Shown one piece after another: positions 7,954 through 15,204 of a DNA stretch of 64,000 nt. Source of the stretch: Candidatus Omnitrophota bacterium (GTDB lineage: Bacteria > Omnitrophota > Gorgyraeia > Aquiviventales > Aquiviventaceae). Location: assembly GCA_016198905.1 (NCBI GenBank), contig JACQHR010000032.1, positions 74,390 to 138,389 on the forward strand. Reading direction: 5' to 3'. Position 1 is the first letter of the stretch. Every line of letters begins with the position of its first letter. The position numbers and the translations under genes are program-made. The notes below the pieces were generated by a model. The model saw nothing but the letters and a program-made list of their open reading frames with translations, did no database searches and was not told where the DNA came from.

Positions 7954-8933
7954 GCGAGCCGATCGTGAGCGTCGTCATCGCCACGCGCAACCGGGCCGCG
8001 ATGCTTAAAGAGGCCATCGCCAGCGTCGGCGCGCAGACGTATCAGGATTGGGAGCTCATCGTGGTGGATGACGGCTCGACCGATCAGACGAAGCGGGTCG
8101 CGCAGCAAGCGGCGAAGGACGATCCGCGCGTCCACTATCTTCGGCAGCCGGCCAGAGGCGGCGTGTCGAAAGCGCGCAATGCCGGCATCCACGCGGCGCG
8201 CGGGCGCTACATTGCGTTTCTCGATGACGATGACCAATTCGTTGCGGAGAAGCTCGCGACTCAAGTGGTGCACCTCGACCGTTCGCCCGAGGTGGGCTTC
8301 GTCTACGCGCAGAGCGAATGGGTGGATCGCCGCGGGACTTCGTTGGGAGTTCAGCCGACGGCGCCAGTGACTGATCTCAAGGGGCTGGTGGAGCACTGCG
8401 CGATCCCCCTGCAAACCGTCATGTGTCGTCGGGAACTGATCGAGCGGGTGGGCGGCTTCGATGAGCGGCTGTCGATCGGCGAAGACTACGACTTGTGGCT
8501 GCGGCTGGCGCGCATCACCCGGTTTGAGTTCGTCGCGCGTCCGCTGGTGCGCTACGGGGTGCATGGCGCCAATACGTGCAACGACAGCATCCGGCTCTAC
8601 GAGCAGCGGGCGATCATCCTGGCGCGCGTGCCGCTCGACCGTGCGCGGGGAATCACGTGGTGGTTCAAGCGCCGGCGCCTGGCGATCAACGCGTATCGGC
8701 TGGCGAGGCTGCACCACGAGGCGCGCGCTTTCGCGCAGGCGTCGGCGCATTTTGCCCGCGCGGTCGTCTACGACCCGATGGTCGGCCTGGCCATGGCCGA
8801 GCCGCGCCCTCGGGGGCTGGCGCGCCTGTGGGTGTCGCTGAAACCCTATCTGGCGATCGTGCTGCTCCTGATCGGGGTCAGTCCCCAAGCACGAAAAGTA
8901 GCGAGATCACCCGATTGGGGTCTGACCCCATGA
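7950..8933 (+). CDS. Glycosyltransferase family 2
   Basis: VSVVIATRNR, VVDDGSTDQT, AFLDDDD. ATGA start/stop overlap with the preceding gene. The track ORF's long N-terminal extension (from 7368) overlaps the previous GT2 out of frame. Confidence 0.9.
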   Translation: MSEPIVSVVIATRNRAAMLKEAIASVGAQTYQDWELIVVDDGSTDQTKRVAQQAAKDDPRVHYLRQPARGGVSKARNAGIHAARGRYIAFLDDDDQFVAEKLATQVVHLDRSPEVGFVYAQSEWVDRRGTSLGVQPTAPVTDLKGLVEHCAIPLQTVMCRRELIERVGGFDERLSIGEDYDLWLRLARITRFEFVARPLVRYGVHGANTCNDSIRLYEQRAIILARVPLDRARGITWWFKRRRLAINAYRLARLHHEARAFAQASAHFARAVVYDPMVGLAMAEPRPRGLARLWVSLKPYLAIVLLLIGVSPQARKVARSPDWGLTP

Positions 8934-11464
8934 GGATTGTGATTGTGGCACCAGAGGTGTTTCCGGTTCCACCGATCCGAGGCGGGGCGGTGGAGACCGT
9001 CATCGAGGAAATCTCCGCGCAGTTCCGTGACCACAAGGTAACCATTCTCGGCATTGCCGACGCGTCACTGCCGGTGCAAGAGACGAAGGAGCATCGGACA
9101 TATCGCCGTTGGAAGCGCACGGTCATTGATCGACTCTTGCTCTCGACGTGGAAGCTGCCGTTCAAACAGAGCAACTCGCCGTGGTACTACTGGCCCTACC
9201 AGCATTGGATCGCCAGGCAGGTGCAACGGCTGCGTCCCGACGTCGTGTGGGTGCACAGCCGCATCCAATTTGCGCCGGCGATTCGCCGCGCCGCCCCTCA
9301 CGCGCGGATGATCGTCAGCGTCCATCAACTGAGCACGCTGCGCGATGAGCGCGTCTGGCAGCAAGCGCGCGTCGCGTGTTGTGATGTGATCGCCGGTGTC
9401 AGCCAATTCATGATCGAGGCCATCGCTGCGCGGTATCCATGGACGCAACCCAAGACGCACGTGCTCTCAAACGGCGTTGACGTGACAGCCTATCAGCCGT
9501 GGTGGGCGCAGTCGGCCAGGCGCGAGCGGATGCGCCGCGAGCAGGGCTGGGGTGACGCGCCGGTGATCTTGTATGCCGGGCGGCTCGTCGAGCAAAAGGG
9601 CGTGCATGTGCTCGCCGATGCTTTCAAACAACTGGTAAGGGGTGAGGGGCGGGAGACAGGGGGCGCGGGATCCAACACGAAACCAATGCTGGTCATTGCC
9701 GGCGGCCACACGTACTCCGATGGGACAGAAACCGACTATATCAGGCAGTTGAAGCGCACGCTTGAGCCGCTGGGATCGCAGGTCGTCTGGCTGGGGTATC
9801 AACCGTCGAGCGCGCTGGTGAGCCTGTACGCGGCCAGCGACGTCGTCGTCGTCCCATCAATCAATCCGGAAGCGTTTTCCATGGTCACGGTTGAAGCGAT
9901 GGCCTCGGGTCTGCCGGTCGTTGCCTTCGCGCACGGCGGCCCAGCGGAGATCATTCGCCACGGCATCGATGGGTTCTTGGTGCCGGTCTCCCGCGGCGCG
10001 GAGGGTCTGGCCGAGGCGCTGCAAGCGTGCGTCAGCAACACCACCCTGCGGGAAGCCATCGGCCGCGAGGCCAGACGGACGGTAGAGGAGCGCTTTACGT
10101 GGCAGCGTGTGGCAGAGAGCTTCCTCAAATTGACTCAGGGACAAGGGACAGGGGACAGGGGGCGAGGGAATGCCCTTCCTACGCCCCGCGCCCCGCGCCC
10201 CGCGCCCCAGACACGCGCCGTCCCTATTCTTATTGCTGAGTCAGGATCAGGCTACGGAGGCAGCGCGAAATACCTCAGCGAGCTGGTGTCGCTGCTGGAT
10301 CGGCGACGCTTCCACGCGCAGGTGGTGGCGGCTGAAGAGGGGCCGTTCATTCGCAAGGTCAAAGAGCAGGGAGTGCCAGTAGCACTGAGGCCAAGTTGGA
10401 GATTCGCTTGGGGGCAGGGGGCGGGAGACGAGGGGCGGGGGAAGGGCCAGCACACAGCACTCAGCACGAACGTGAAACATGAAACGCGAAACGTGAAACG
10501 AACGTCGCATGTCCGGTTCGCGCTGGTTGCTGCTACACAGCTTTTGATCATGGTTCCAGCAATTGCCCTCTGGTTGAAGTGGCGGAGGATCCGGCTGGTG
10601 CATCTGAATAACGAGATCCTCTCGCACGTGCCGCTGGCGCTCGGAGCGAAACTCGCCGGCTGCCGCGTGGTGTGCCACCTGCACGGCTGGCGTCCGTTCA
10701 CGAGGCTGGAGCGCGCTGTGGCCGGTGTCGTTGATGAGTTCGTCTGCATTTCGGAGGCTGGCGCGCGGTACTTCGAATCGCAACTGCCGCATCGCCGGGT
10801 GGCCGCGATTCCCAACGGTATTCTGCTCAATGGTCAGTTGGACGGCCTTGACGTGAAACGAGCGCAGGTCCGTCGGCAGTTGGGGATCCAGCCCCATGAC
10901 GCGGTCATCGCCATCATCGGGCGCTTGGTGCCGTGGAAAGGCCAGGCAGTGTTCTTGAAGGCGTTGGCGGATGTCAGCCAGCGACACCCGGACGTGGTCG
11001 GCCTCATCGTGGGGCACGATGCCTCGCCAGGGCAGAGCTATCTGACACAGTTACAGTCGACTGCGCGTGAGCACGGCCTCGCTGAGCGTGGGCGCGTGCA
11101 CTTTGTCCCGTGGCTCGAGGACGTGTGGGGCATTTATGCCGCGGCGGACATCATCGTGCACGCTTCGACGCAGCCGGAGCCGTTCGGACTCGTGCTCATT
11201 GAAGCGATGGCGGCGGGCAAGCTCGTGATTGCCACGCGATCCGGTGGAGTCGTCGATATCGTCACGGATGGCCGGACAGGACTGCTGGTTGAGCCGGGCG
11301 ATCCGGATGGGCTGGCGCGCGCCATCACGCAGGTGGTGACTGATCCTTCGCGCGCCGCTGCGCTGGCTGAGGCCGGCCGGCAGCGCGCGCGAGACGTGTT
11401 CACCATGGAGCGCAACGCGCAGGCAGTCGCGCAGGTCTATCAGCGGCTGATGGTGTGCCGATGA
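8930..11464 (+). CDS. Double GT4 glycosyltransferase (two complete GT-B modules joined through element E3)
   Basis: Module 1: MRIVIVAPEVFPVPPIRGGAVE...VVPSINPEAFSMVTVEAMASGLPVVAF. Module 2: ILIAESGSGYGGSAKY...ASTQPEPFGLVLIEAMAAGKLVIATRSGG. ATGA overlap at 8930. Contains E2, E3 and E4 in frame. Confidence 0.85.
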   Translation: MRIVIVAPEVFPVPPIRGGAVETVIEEISAQFRDHKVTILGIADASLPVQETKEHRTYRRWKRTVIDRLLLSTWKLPFKQSNSPWYYWPYQHWIARQVQRLRPDVVWVHSRIQFAPAIRRAAPHARMIVSVHQLSTLRDERVWQQARVACCDVIAGVSQFMIEAIAARYPWTQPKTHVLSNGVDVTAYQPWWAQSARRERMRREQGWGDAPVILYAGRLVEQKGVHVLADAFKQLVRGEGRETGGAGSNTKPMLVIAGGHTYSDGTETDYIRQLKRTLEPLGSQVVWLGYQPSSALVSLYAASDVVVVPSINPEAFSMVTVEAMASGLPVVAFAHGGPAEIIRHGIDGFLVPVSRGAEGLAEALQACVSNTTLREAIGREARRTVEERFTWQRVAESFLKLTQGQGTGDRGRGNALPTPRAPRPAPQTRAVPILIAESGSGYGGSAKYLSELVSLLDRRRFHAQVVAAEEGPFIRKVKEQGVPVALRPSWRFAWGQGAGDEGRGKGQHTALSTNVKHETRNVKRTSHVRFALVAATQLLIMVPAIALWLKWRRIRLVHLNNEILSHVPLALGAKLAGCRVVCHLHGWRPFTRLERAVAGVVDEFVCISEAGARYFESQLPHRRVAAIPNGILLNGQLDGLDVKRAQVRRQLGIQPHDAVIAIIGRLVPWKGQAVFLKALADVSQRHPDVVGLIVGHDASPGQSYLTQLQSTAREHGLAERGRVHFVPWLEDVWGIYAAADIIVHASTQPEPFGLVLIEAMAAGKLVIATRSGGVVDIVTDGRTGLLVEPGDPDGLARAITQVVTDPSRAAALAEAGRQRARDVFTMERNAQAVAQVYQRLMVCR
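9637..9669 (+). repeat. E2: solo G-rich arm inside GT4 module 1
   Basis: AAGGGGTGAGGGGCGGGAGACAGGGGGCGCGGGA matches the left-arm consensus and is translated in frame as RGEGRETGGAG. No C-rich partner follows. Confidence 0.8.
10136..10208 (+). repeat. E3: G-arm/C-arm palindromic element fusing two GT4 cistrons
   Basis: Left CAGGGACAAGGGACAGGGGACAGGGGGCGAGGG, loop AATGCCCTTCCTA, right CGCCCCG x3 + CGCCCC. Translated as GQGTGDRGRGNALPTPRAPRPAP with no stop. Confidence 0.85.
10410..10504 (+). repeat. E4: chimeric three-block heptamer element inside GT4 module 2
   Basis: G-arm GGGGGCAGGGGGCGGGAGACGAGGGGCGGGGGAAGGG, then CAGCACA CAGCACT CAGCACG, then AACGTGA AACATGA AACGCGA AACGTGA AACGAAC (the E1-type GTGAAAC arm). 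In frame as GQGAGDEGRGKGQHTALSTNVKHETRNVKRT. Confidence 0.85.
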
Positions 11465-12957
11465 GCGTCGTCAACCAAACCGCAGCCCGCGCAGGCGCAC
11501 GCGCCATACCCCCGCTGCACACCGTGGTCGACCGCCGCATCTGGACGTTTGTCGCGCTCATCGGATTCCTCGGCTGGCTCGTCATGAAGGAAATCACGCT
11601 GCCCTCCGGTCTCATGGCGGCTTGTGCGGGGCTGGGATTGCTCGGGCTGTTCATGGTCAGCGTCCAGCGGCCGGAGCTGTCGCTGTACGTGCTCGTGGCA
11701 TACCTGCCGTTCAGCCGGCTCCTCGTCGGAGATTTCGGCACCGAAGCGTACGCCTTCAACCTCACGAACATCCTGACGCTGTGGGTCCTTAGCGCCTATG
11801 TGCTGCGTTGCATGTCGCAAGGCCGGCAGCCCTTCCAATCCGCCCCGATGAGTCGCCTCGTCCTGGCGTTCTGCGCGCTGAGCGGATTCTCGCTGCTGCA
11901 GGGAGGCTTTGCGTACGGCTCCTGGTACTTCTGGCATTACCTCACTCCGCTGAAGCAGTGGCTGACGCCGATCTTCTTTTACTTTCTGGCGCTCTGGGTG
12001 GTGCGGGATCGGAAAGTTCTCAAGACGGTCGTGGTGCTCATGATGGTCGCCGTCACGGTGGTAGCGCTCATGGCGATCCGGGACTATCTGAACAACTCGG
12101 GCAGCAGCCTCGAGAAATCCCGGGTCGGCGGGATCGCCGAGCAGCCCAACACGCTGGGGGCGTTCTTCGTGTACTACATGTTCTTGTTCGCCGGCTTCTT
12201 CCTGACCTATCGCAAGAAGTTCAAGGTGTGGGGGCTGCTCGTTCCCTTTCTGCTGTGTTTCCGCGGCATCATGGTGACATTTTCCCGCGGGGCCTATTTC
12301 GGATTCGCCGCCGGCGGCCTCGGAGCGTGTTGGCACCGCAATAAGGCGCTGTTTGTGGTCGCCGCCGCGCTGTTATGGTTTGCCGTCATGAATCCCTGGA
12401 TGCTGCCGAAGGGGATTCGGTATCGGATGGGGCAAACCGTCGTCAGCCACGGCAGCGACAACGCACCGGGCGACGCGCCGATCGAGGATACCTTGGAAGC
12501 CAGCGCCGGAAACCGCGTGCGCATTTGGCGGGCGACCATCGAGATGATCAAGGACCATCCGTGGTGGGGGGTGGGCTACGGGGCGTTTCCCGCCTACATC
12601 GGGGTGTACACCGGCGGGCACTTCGAGGCGGTCGATGCCCATAACACGTATTTGCTCCTTGCCGCCGAGTTGGGGATCCCAATACTGGTCGTGTTCTGCG
12701 TGGTGATCCTCGTGGCGTGGTATCACACCAGGCGACTCTACCTGGGGACCCACGACTTCGCTATGAAGGCCATCACCCTAGGTTTCCTCGCCGGGCTGGA
12801 AGGGCTCATTGTGGTGAACATGTTCGGCTCGCGGATGGATGACCAGGCGGTCAGCAGCTACTTTTGGATCTTGTGCGGCCTCATCATGCGCGGCGTGTTG
12901 ATCGAGCGGGAAGAGATGTTGGGGGCATGGGGCGCGAGACGTGGGGCGAGGGCATAG
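11461..12957 (+). CDS. O-antigen ligase / Wzy-like polytopic membrane protein (paralog 1)
   Basis: About 10 or more hydrophobic segments. Central GIMVTFSRGAYFGFA and periplasmic-loop ...HNTYLLLAAELGI (Wzy_C-like). ATGA overlap with the upstream gene. The C-terminal tail LGAWGARRGARA is encoded by the E5 left arm. Confidence 0.8.
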   Translation: MSVVNQTAARAGARAIPPLHTVVDRRIWTFVALIGFLGWLVMKEITLPSGLMAACAGLGLLGLFMVSVQRPELSLYVLVAYLPFSRLLVGDFGTEAYAFNLTNILTLWVLSAYVLRCMSQGRQPFQSAPMSRLVLAFCALSGFSLLQGGFAYGSWYFWHYLTPLKQWLTPIFFYFLALWVVRDRKVLKTVVVLMMVAVTVVALMAIRDYLNNSGSSLEKSRVGGIAEQPNTLGAFFVYYMFLFAGFFLTYRKKFKVWGLLVPFLLCFRGIMVTFSRGAYFGFAAGGLGACWHRNKALFVVAAALLWFAVMNPWMLPKGIRYRMGQTVVSHGSDNAPGDAPIEDTLEASAGNRVRIWRATIEMIKDHPWWGVGYGAFPAYIGVYTGGHFEAVDAHNTYLLLAAELGIPILVVFCVVILVAWYHTRRLYLGTHDFAMKAITLGFLAGLEGLIVVNMFGSRMDDQAVSSYFWILCGLIMRGVLIEREEMLGAWGARRGARA

Positions 12958-12997
12958 TCATATGCCAACCATACCCCCACCCCCCGCCCCCCGCCCC
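12919..12997 (+). repeat. E5: palindromic element with upstream stop and downstream start codon in its loop
   Basis: Left TTGGGGGCATGGGGCGCGAGACGTGGGGCGAGGG, loop CATAGTCATATGCCAACCATA (TAG 12955-57, ATG 12962), right CCCCCACCCCCCGCCCCCCGCCCC. Confidence 0.85.
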
Positions 12998-14344
12998 ATA
13001 CTTGGTTGTATCTTGAGTCAATTCCCGCGATACGATGAGGCGTTCATTCTGCGCGAGCTTGTCGCGTTGTCGCAGGACTCGCCGCGGCTCGTGATCTTCT
13101 CGCTGCGTCCGTGCCGCGATCGCGTGATCCACGAGCAGGCGAAAGCCCTGCAGCCGCAGACAGTCTACGCGCCCTTCGTGTGGTCATGGCAGGTCTGGCG
13201 CAGCCACGCGCATGTCCTTCAGCACAATCTGAGAGGATATCTTCGCGCGCTTGGATGGATCATCAGCCGGCATTGGCGGCATCCGGTGATTCTGGTGAAG
13301 ACGCTGGCATTTTTCCCAAAGACCGTGCACTTCGCGAGGCTGGCCCAACAGCGGGGCGTCACGCATGTGCATGCGTTTTGGGCGACGTACCCGGCGGCGG
13401 CGGCGATGATCATGCGTGAGCTGACCGGCATCCCATTTAGCATGTCCGGCCACGCGCATGATATTCACACGATCAATCCGACGCTGACCGAGAAGATGCA
13501 GCATGCGCGCTTTGTCGTGACCTGCACGCAGGCGAATCGTGACTATTTGTTATCGTTAGTCAATAGTCATGGGGCAAGGGGCGGGAGACAGGGGGCAGGG
13601 ACAACCAAAACTATTGTGGAAGGTTTTTCCACGCCCCCCGTCCCCCGCCCCCCGTCCCATGTTATGGTGAGCTACCACGGCGTCGATCTTTCCCGCTTCG
13701 CCGCGCGGCCGAAGGATCACGGGCCGGTGTGCCGGATCCTCGCGGTGGGCAGCCTGTTGCCGTGCAAAGGGTATGAGACGCTGATTGAGGGCTGCACGCG
13801 GCTGCGTGAGCGCGGCGCGGCGTTTCACGTGACCATCGCCGGCGGCGGGCCGCTCGAACGCGCGCTGCGCCAGCGGATCGCGAAGCATGCGCTTACGCAG
13901 CAGGTGACGATGACGGGCTTTGTCAGCCAGGAAACGGTCGCAGCGCTCTATCAGCAAGCGCACCTCGTGATCCTGCCCTTGGTGTCCAAGATCCATTGGG
14001 GCATCCCGAACGTCCTGATCGAAGCGCTGGCTACGAAGACGCCGGTCATCTGCTGCGATCTGCCGTCGATGCGCGAGCTGGTGGTGCACGGCGAAAGCGG
14101 CTGGATCATCCCTGAGAACGACCCCAACGCGTTAGCGACTTCAATCGTGACGCTCTGGAAAGACGCCGCGTTGCGGCAGCGGATCGCCGACGCAGGGTAT
14201 CAGCGCGTGGTCGAGCGGTTTTCGCTGGAGGAAACTGGACGAAAGCTACGAGAGATCTTTAGTCAGGGGCAGGGGGCGGGAGACAGGGGGCAGGTGCAGA
14301 CCGATTTTCCCGCGCCCCGCGCCCCGCGCCCCAAAGTTCCTTAA
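12962..14344 (+). CDS. Glycosyltransferase family 4
   Basis: GT-B C-domain: ...ILPLVSKIHWGIPNVLIEALATKTPVICCDLPSMRELV. Start ATG lies in the E5 loop (alternative GTG 12941). Contains E6 in frame, and E7 forms its C-terminal tail. Confidence 0.8.
   Translation: MPTIPPPPAPRPILGCILSQFPRYDEAFILRELVALSQDSPRLVIFSLRPCRDRVIHEQAKALQPQTVYAPFVWSWQVWRSHAHVLQHNLRGYLRALGWIISRHWRHPVILVKTLAFFPKTVHFARLAQQRGVTHVHAFWATYPAAAAMIMRELTGIPFSMSGHAHDIHTINPTLTEKMQHARFVVTCTQANRDYLLSLVNSHGARGGRQGAGTTKTIVEGFSTPPVPRPPSHVMVSYHGVDLSRFAARPKDHGPVCRILAVGSLLPCKGYETLIEGCTRLRERGAAFHVTIAGGGPLERALRQRIAKHALTQQVTMTGFVSQETVAALYQQAHLVILPLVSKIHWGIPNVLIEALATKTPVICCDLPSMRELVVHGESGWIIPENDPNALATSIVTLWKDAALRQRIADAGYQRVVERFSLEETGRKLREIFSQGQGAGDRGQVQTDFPAPRAPRPKVP
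13568..13661 (+). repeat. E6: palindromic element in frame inside GT4
   Basis: Left CATGGGGCAAGGGGCGGGAGACAGGGGGCAGGG, 30-nt loop, right ACGCCCCCCGTCCCCCGCCCCCCGTCCCATG. Translated as HGARGGRQGAGTTKTIVEGFSTPPVPRPPSH. Confidence 0.85.
14264..14332 (+). repeat. E7: palindromic element forming the C-terminal tail of GT4
   Basis: Left CAGGGGCAGGGGGCGGGAGACAGGGGGCAGG, loop TGCAGACCGATTTTCC, right CGCGCCCCGCGCCCCGCGCCCC. Translated as GQGAGDRGQVQTDFPAPRAPRP, followed by the TAATG junction at 14342-14346. Confidence 0.85.
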
Positions 14345-15204
14345 TGGCCATTCTGCGCACAGTCCTCAGCGATATCACCTATCATGCGAGGCGATTGACA
14401 CCTGGCGATGGAGAAGGATTGCGCATCCTGATGTACCATCGCGTCACCGATGCGCATCCCGGGAATCGGCTGTGCGTGCCGGTGGCGCGGTTTGCGGATC
14501 AGATGCGGTGGCTGGCGGAGCAGGGGTACCGCACAATCTCATTCGCTGAGGCGGTGGAGTTAGTGAGGGGGCAGGGGGCAGGGGGCGGGAGACGGGGGAA
14601 TAGCCGACAAGCAGAATCTGCGGCATTCCCTCGCCCCGCGCCCCGCGCCCCGCGCCCCAAACTGATTGTCCTGACATTTGATGACGGCTTCGAGGATAAT
14701 TTTCTCTACGCCTATCGCGCGCTGGCGCAGTACGGCTTCACCGGCTGCTTCTTCGTGCCAAGTGCCTTTATCGCGTCCGGACAAACCGGGCATGAGGCGG
14801 TCGATCAACCGATGAGCTGGGCGCAATTGAGTGAGCTCGCACGGGAAGGCCACGAAGTAGGAGCGCATTCGATCAGCCACGCGAAGCTCACACACATTGA
14901 TCCGGTGCAGATGCGCGAGGAAGTGCGAGGATCGAAAGAAGCGATCGAGCAAGGACTGCAGCAGCCCGTGAGATTCTTCTGTTACCCGTCGGGTGACTAT
15001 AATGCGGCCGTGAAACAGGCGGTGCGCGACAGCGGCTACGACGGGGCGTGCACCGTGGAGCCGGGCGCGAACCGTTCCGGGGCTGATCCCTTTGCGTTGA
15101 CACGCACGGAGATCAGCGCGTTTGATTCGCTGTGGGATTTTGAGAAGAAGATCGCGGGCGCGTTTGATTGGATGCATCGCGTCGTCCAATGGACGAAACG
15201 ATGA
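14344..15204 (+). CDS. Polysaccharide deacetylase (CE4/NodB-type), paralog 1, with in-frame E8 insertion
   Basis: LTFDDGFEDN, GAHSISH and YPSGDYN motifs. TAATG 1-nt overlap with the upstream gene. Confidence 0.85.
   Translation: MAILRTVLSDITYHARRLTPGDGEGLRILMYHRVTDAHPGNRLCVPVARFADQMRWLAEQGYRTISFAEAVELVRGQGAGGGRRGNSRQAESAAFPRPAPRAPRPKLIVLTFDDGFEDNFLYAYRALAQYGFTGCFFVPSAFIASGQTGHEAVDQPMSWAQLSELAREGHEVGAHSISHAKLTHIDPVQMREEVRGSKEAIEQGLQQPVRFFCYPSGDYNAAVKQAVRDSGYDGACTVEPGANRSGADPFALTRTEISAFDSLWDFEKKIAGAFDWMHRVVQWTKR
14565..14658 (+). repeat. E8: palindromic element in frame inside the deacetylase
   Basis: Left GAGGGGGCAGGGGGCAGGGGGCGGGAGACGGGGG, loop AATAGCCGACAAGCAGAATCTGCGGCATT, right CCCTCGCCCCGCGCCCCGCGCCCCGCGCCCC. 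Translated as GQGAGGGRRGNSRQAESAAFPRPAPRAPRP. Confidence 0.9.

Noticed and set aside
7368-8929. Long N-terminal extensions offered by the ORF track (7368 for the GT2 at 7950; 8576 for the GT4 at 8930).
   Set aside because: The extensions overlap the preceding GT2 genes out of frame and are Arg/Ala-rich. Canonical GT N-termini begin exactly at ATGA-coupled internal ATGs.
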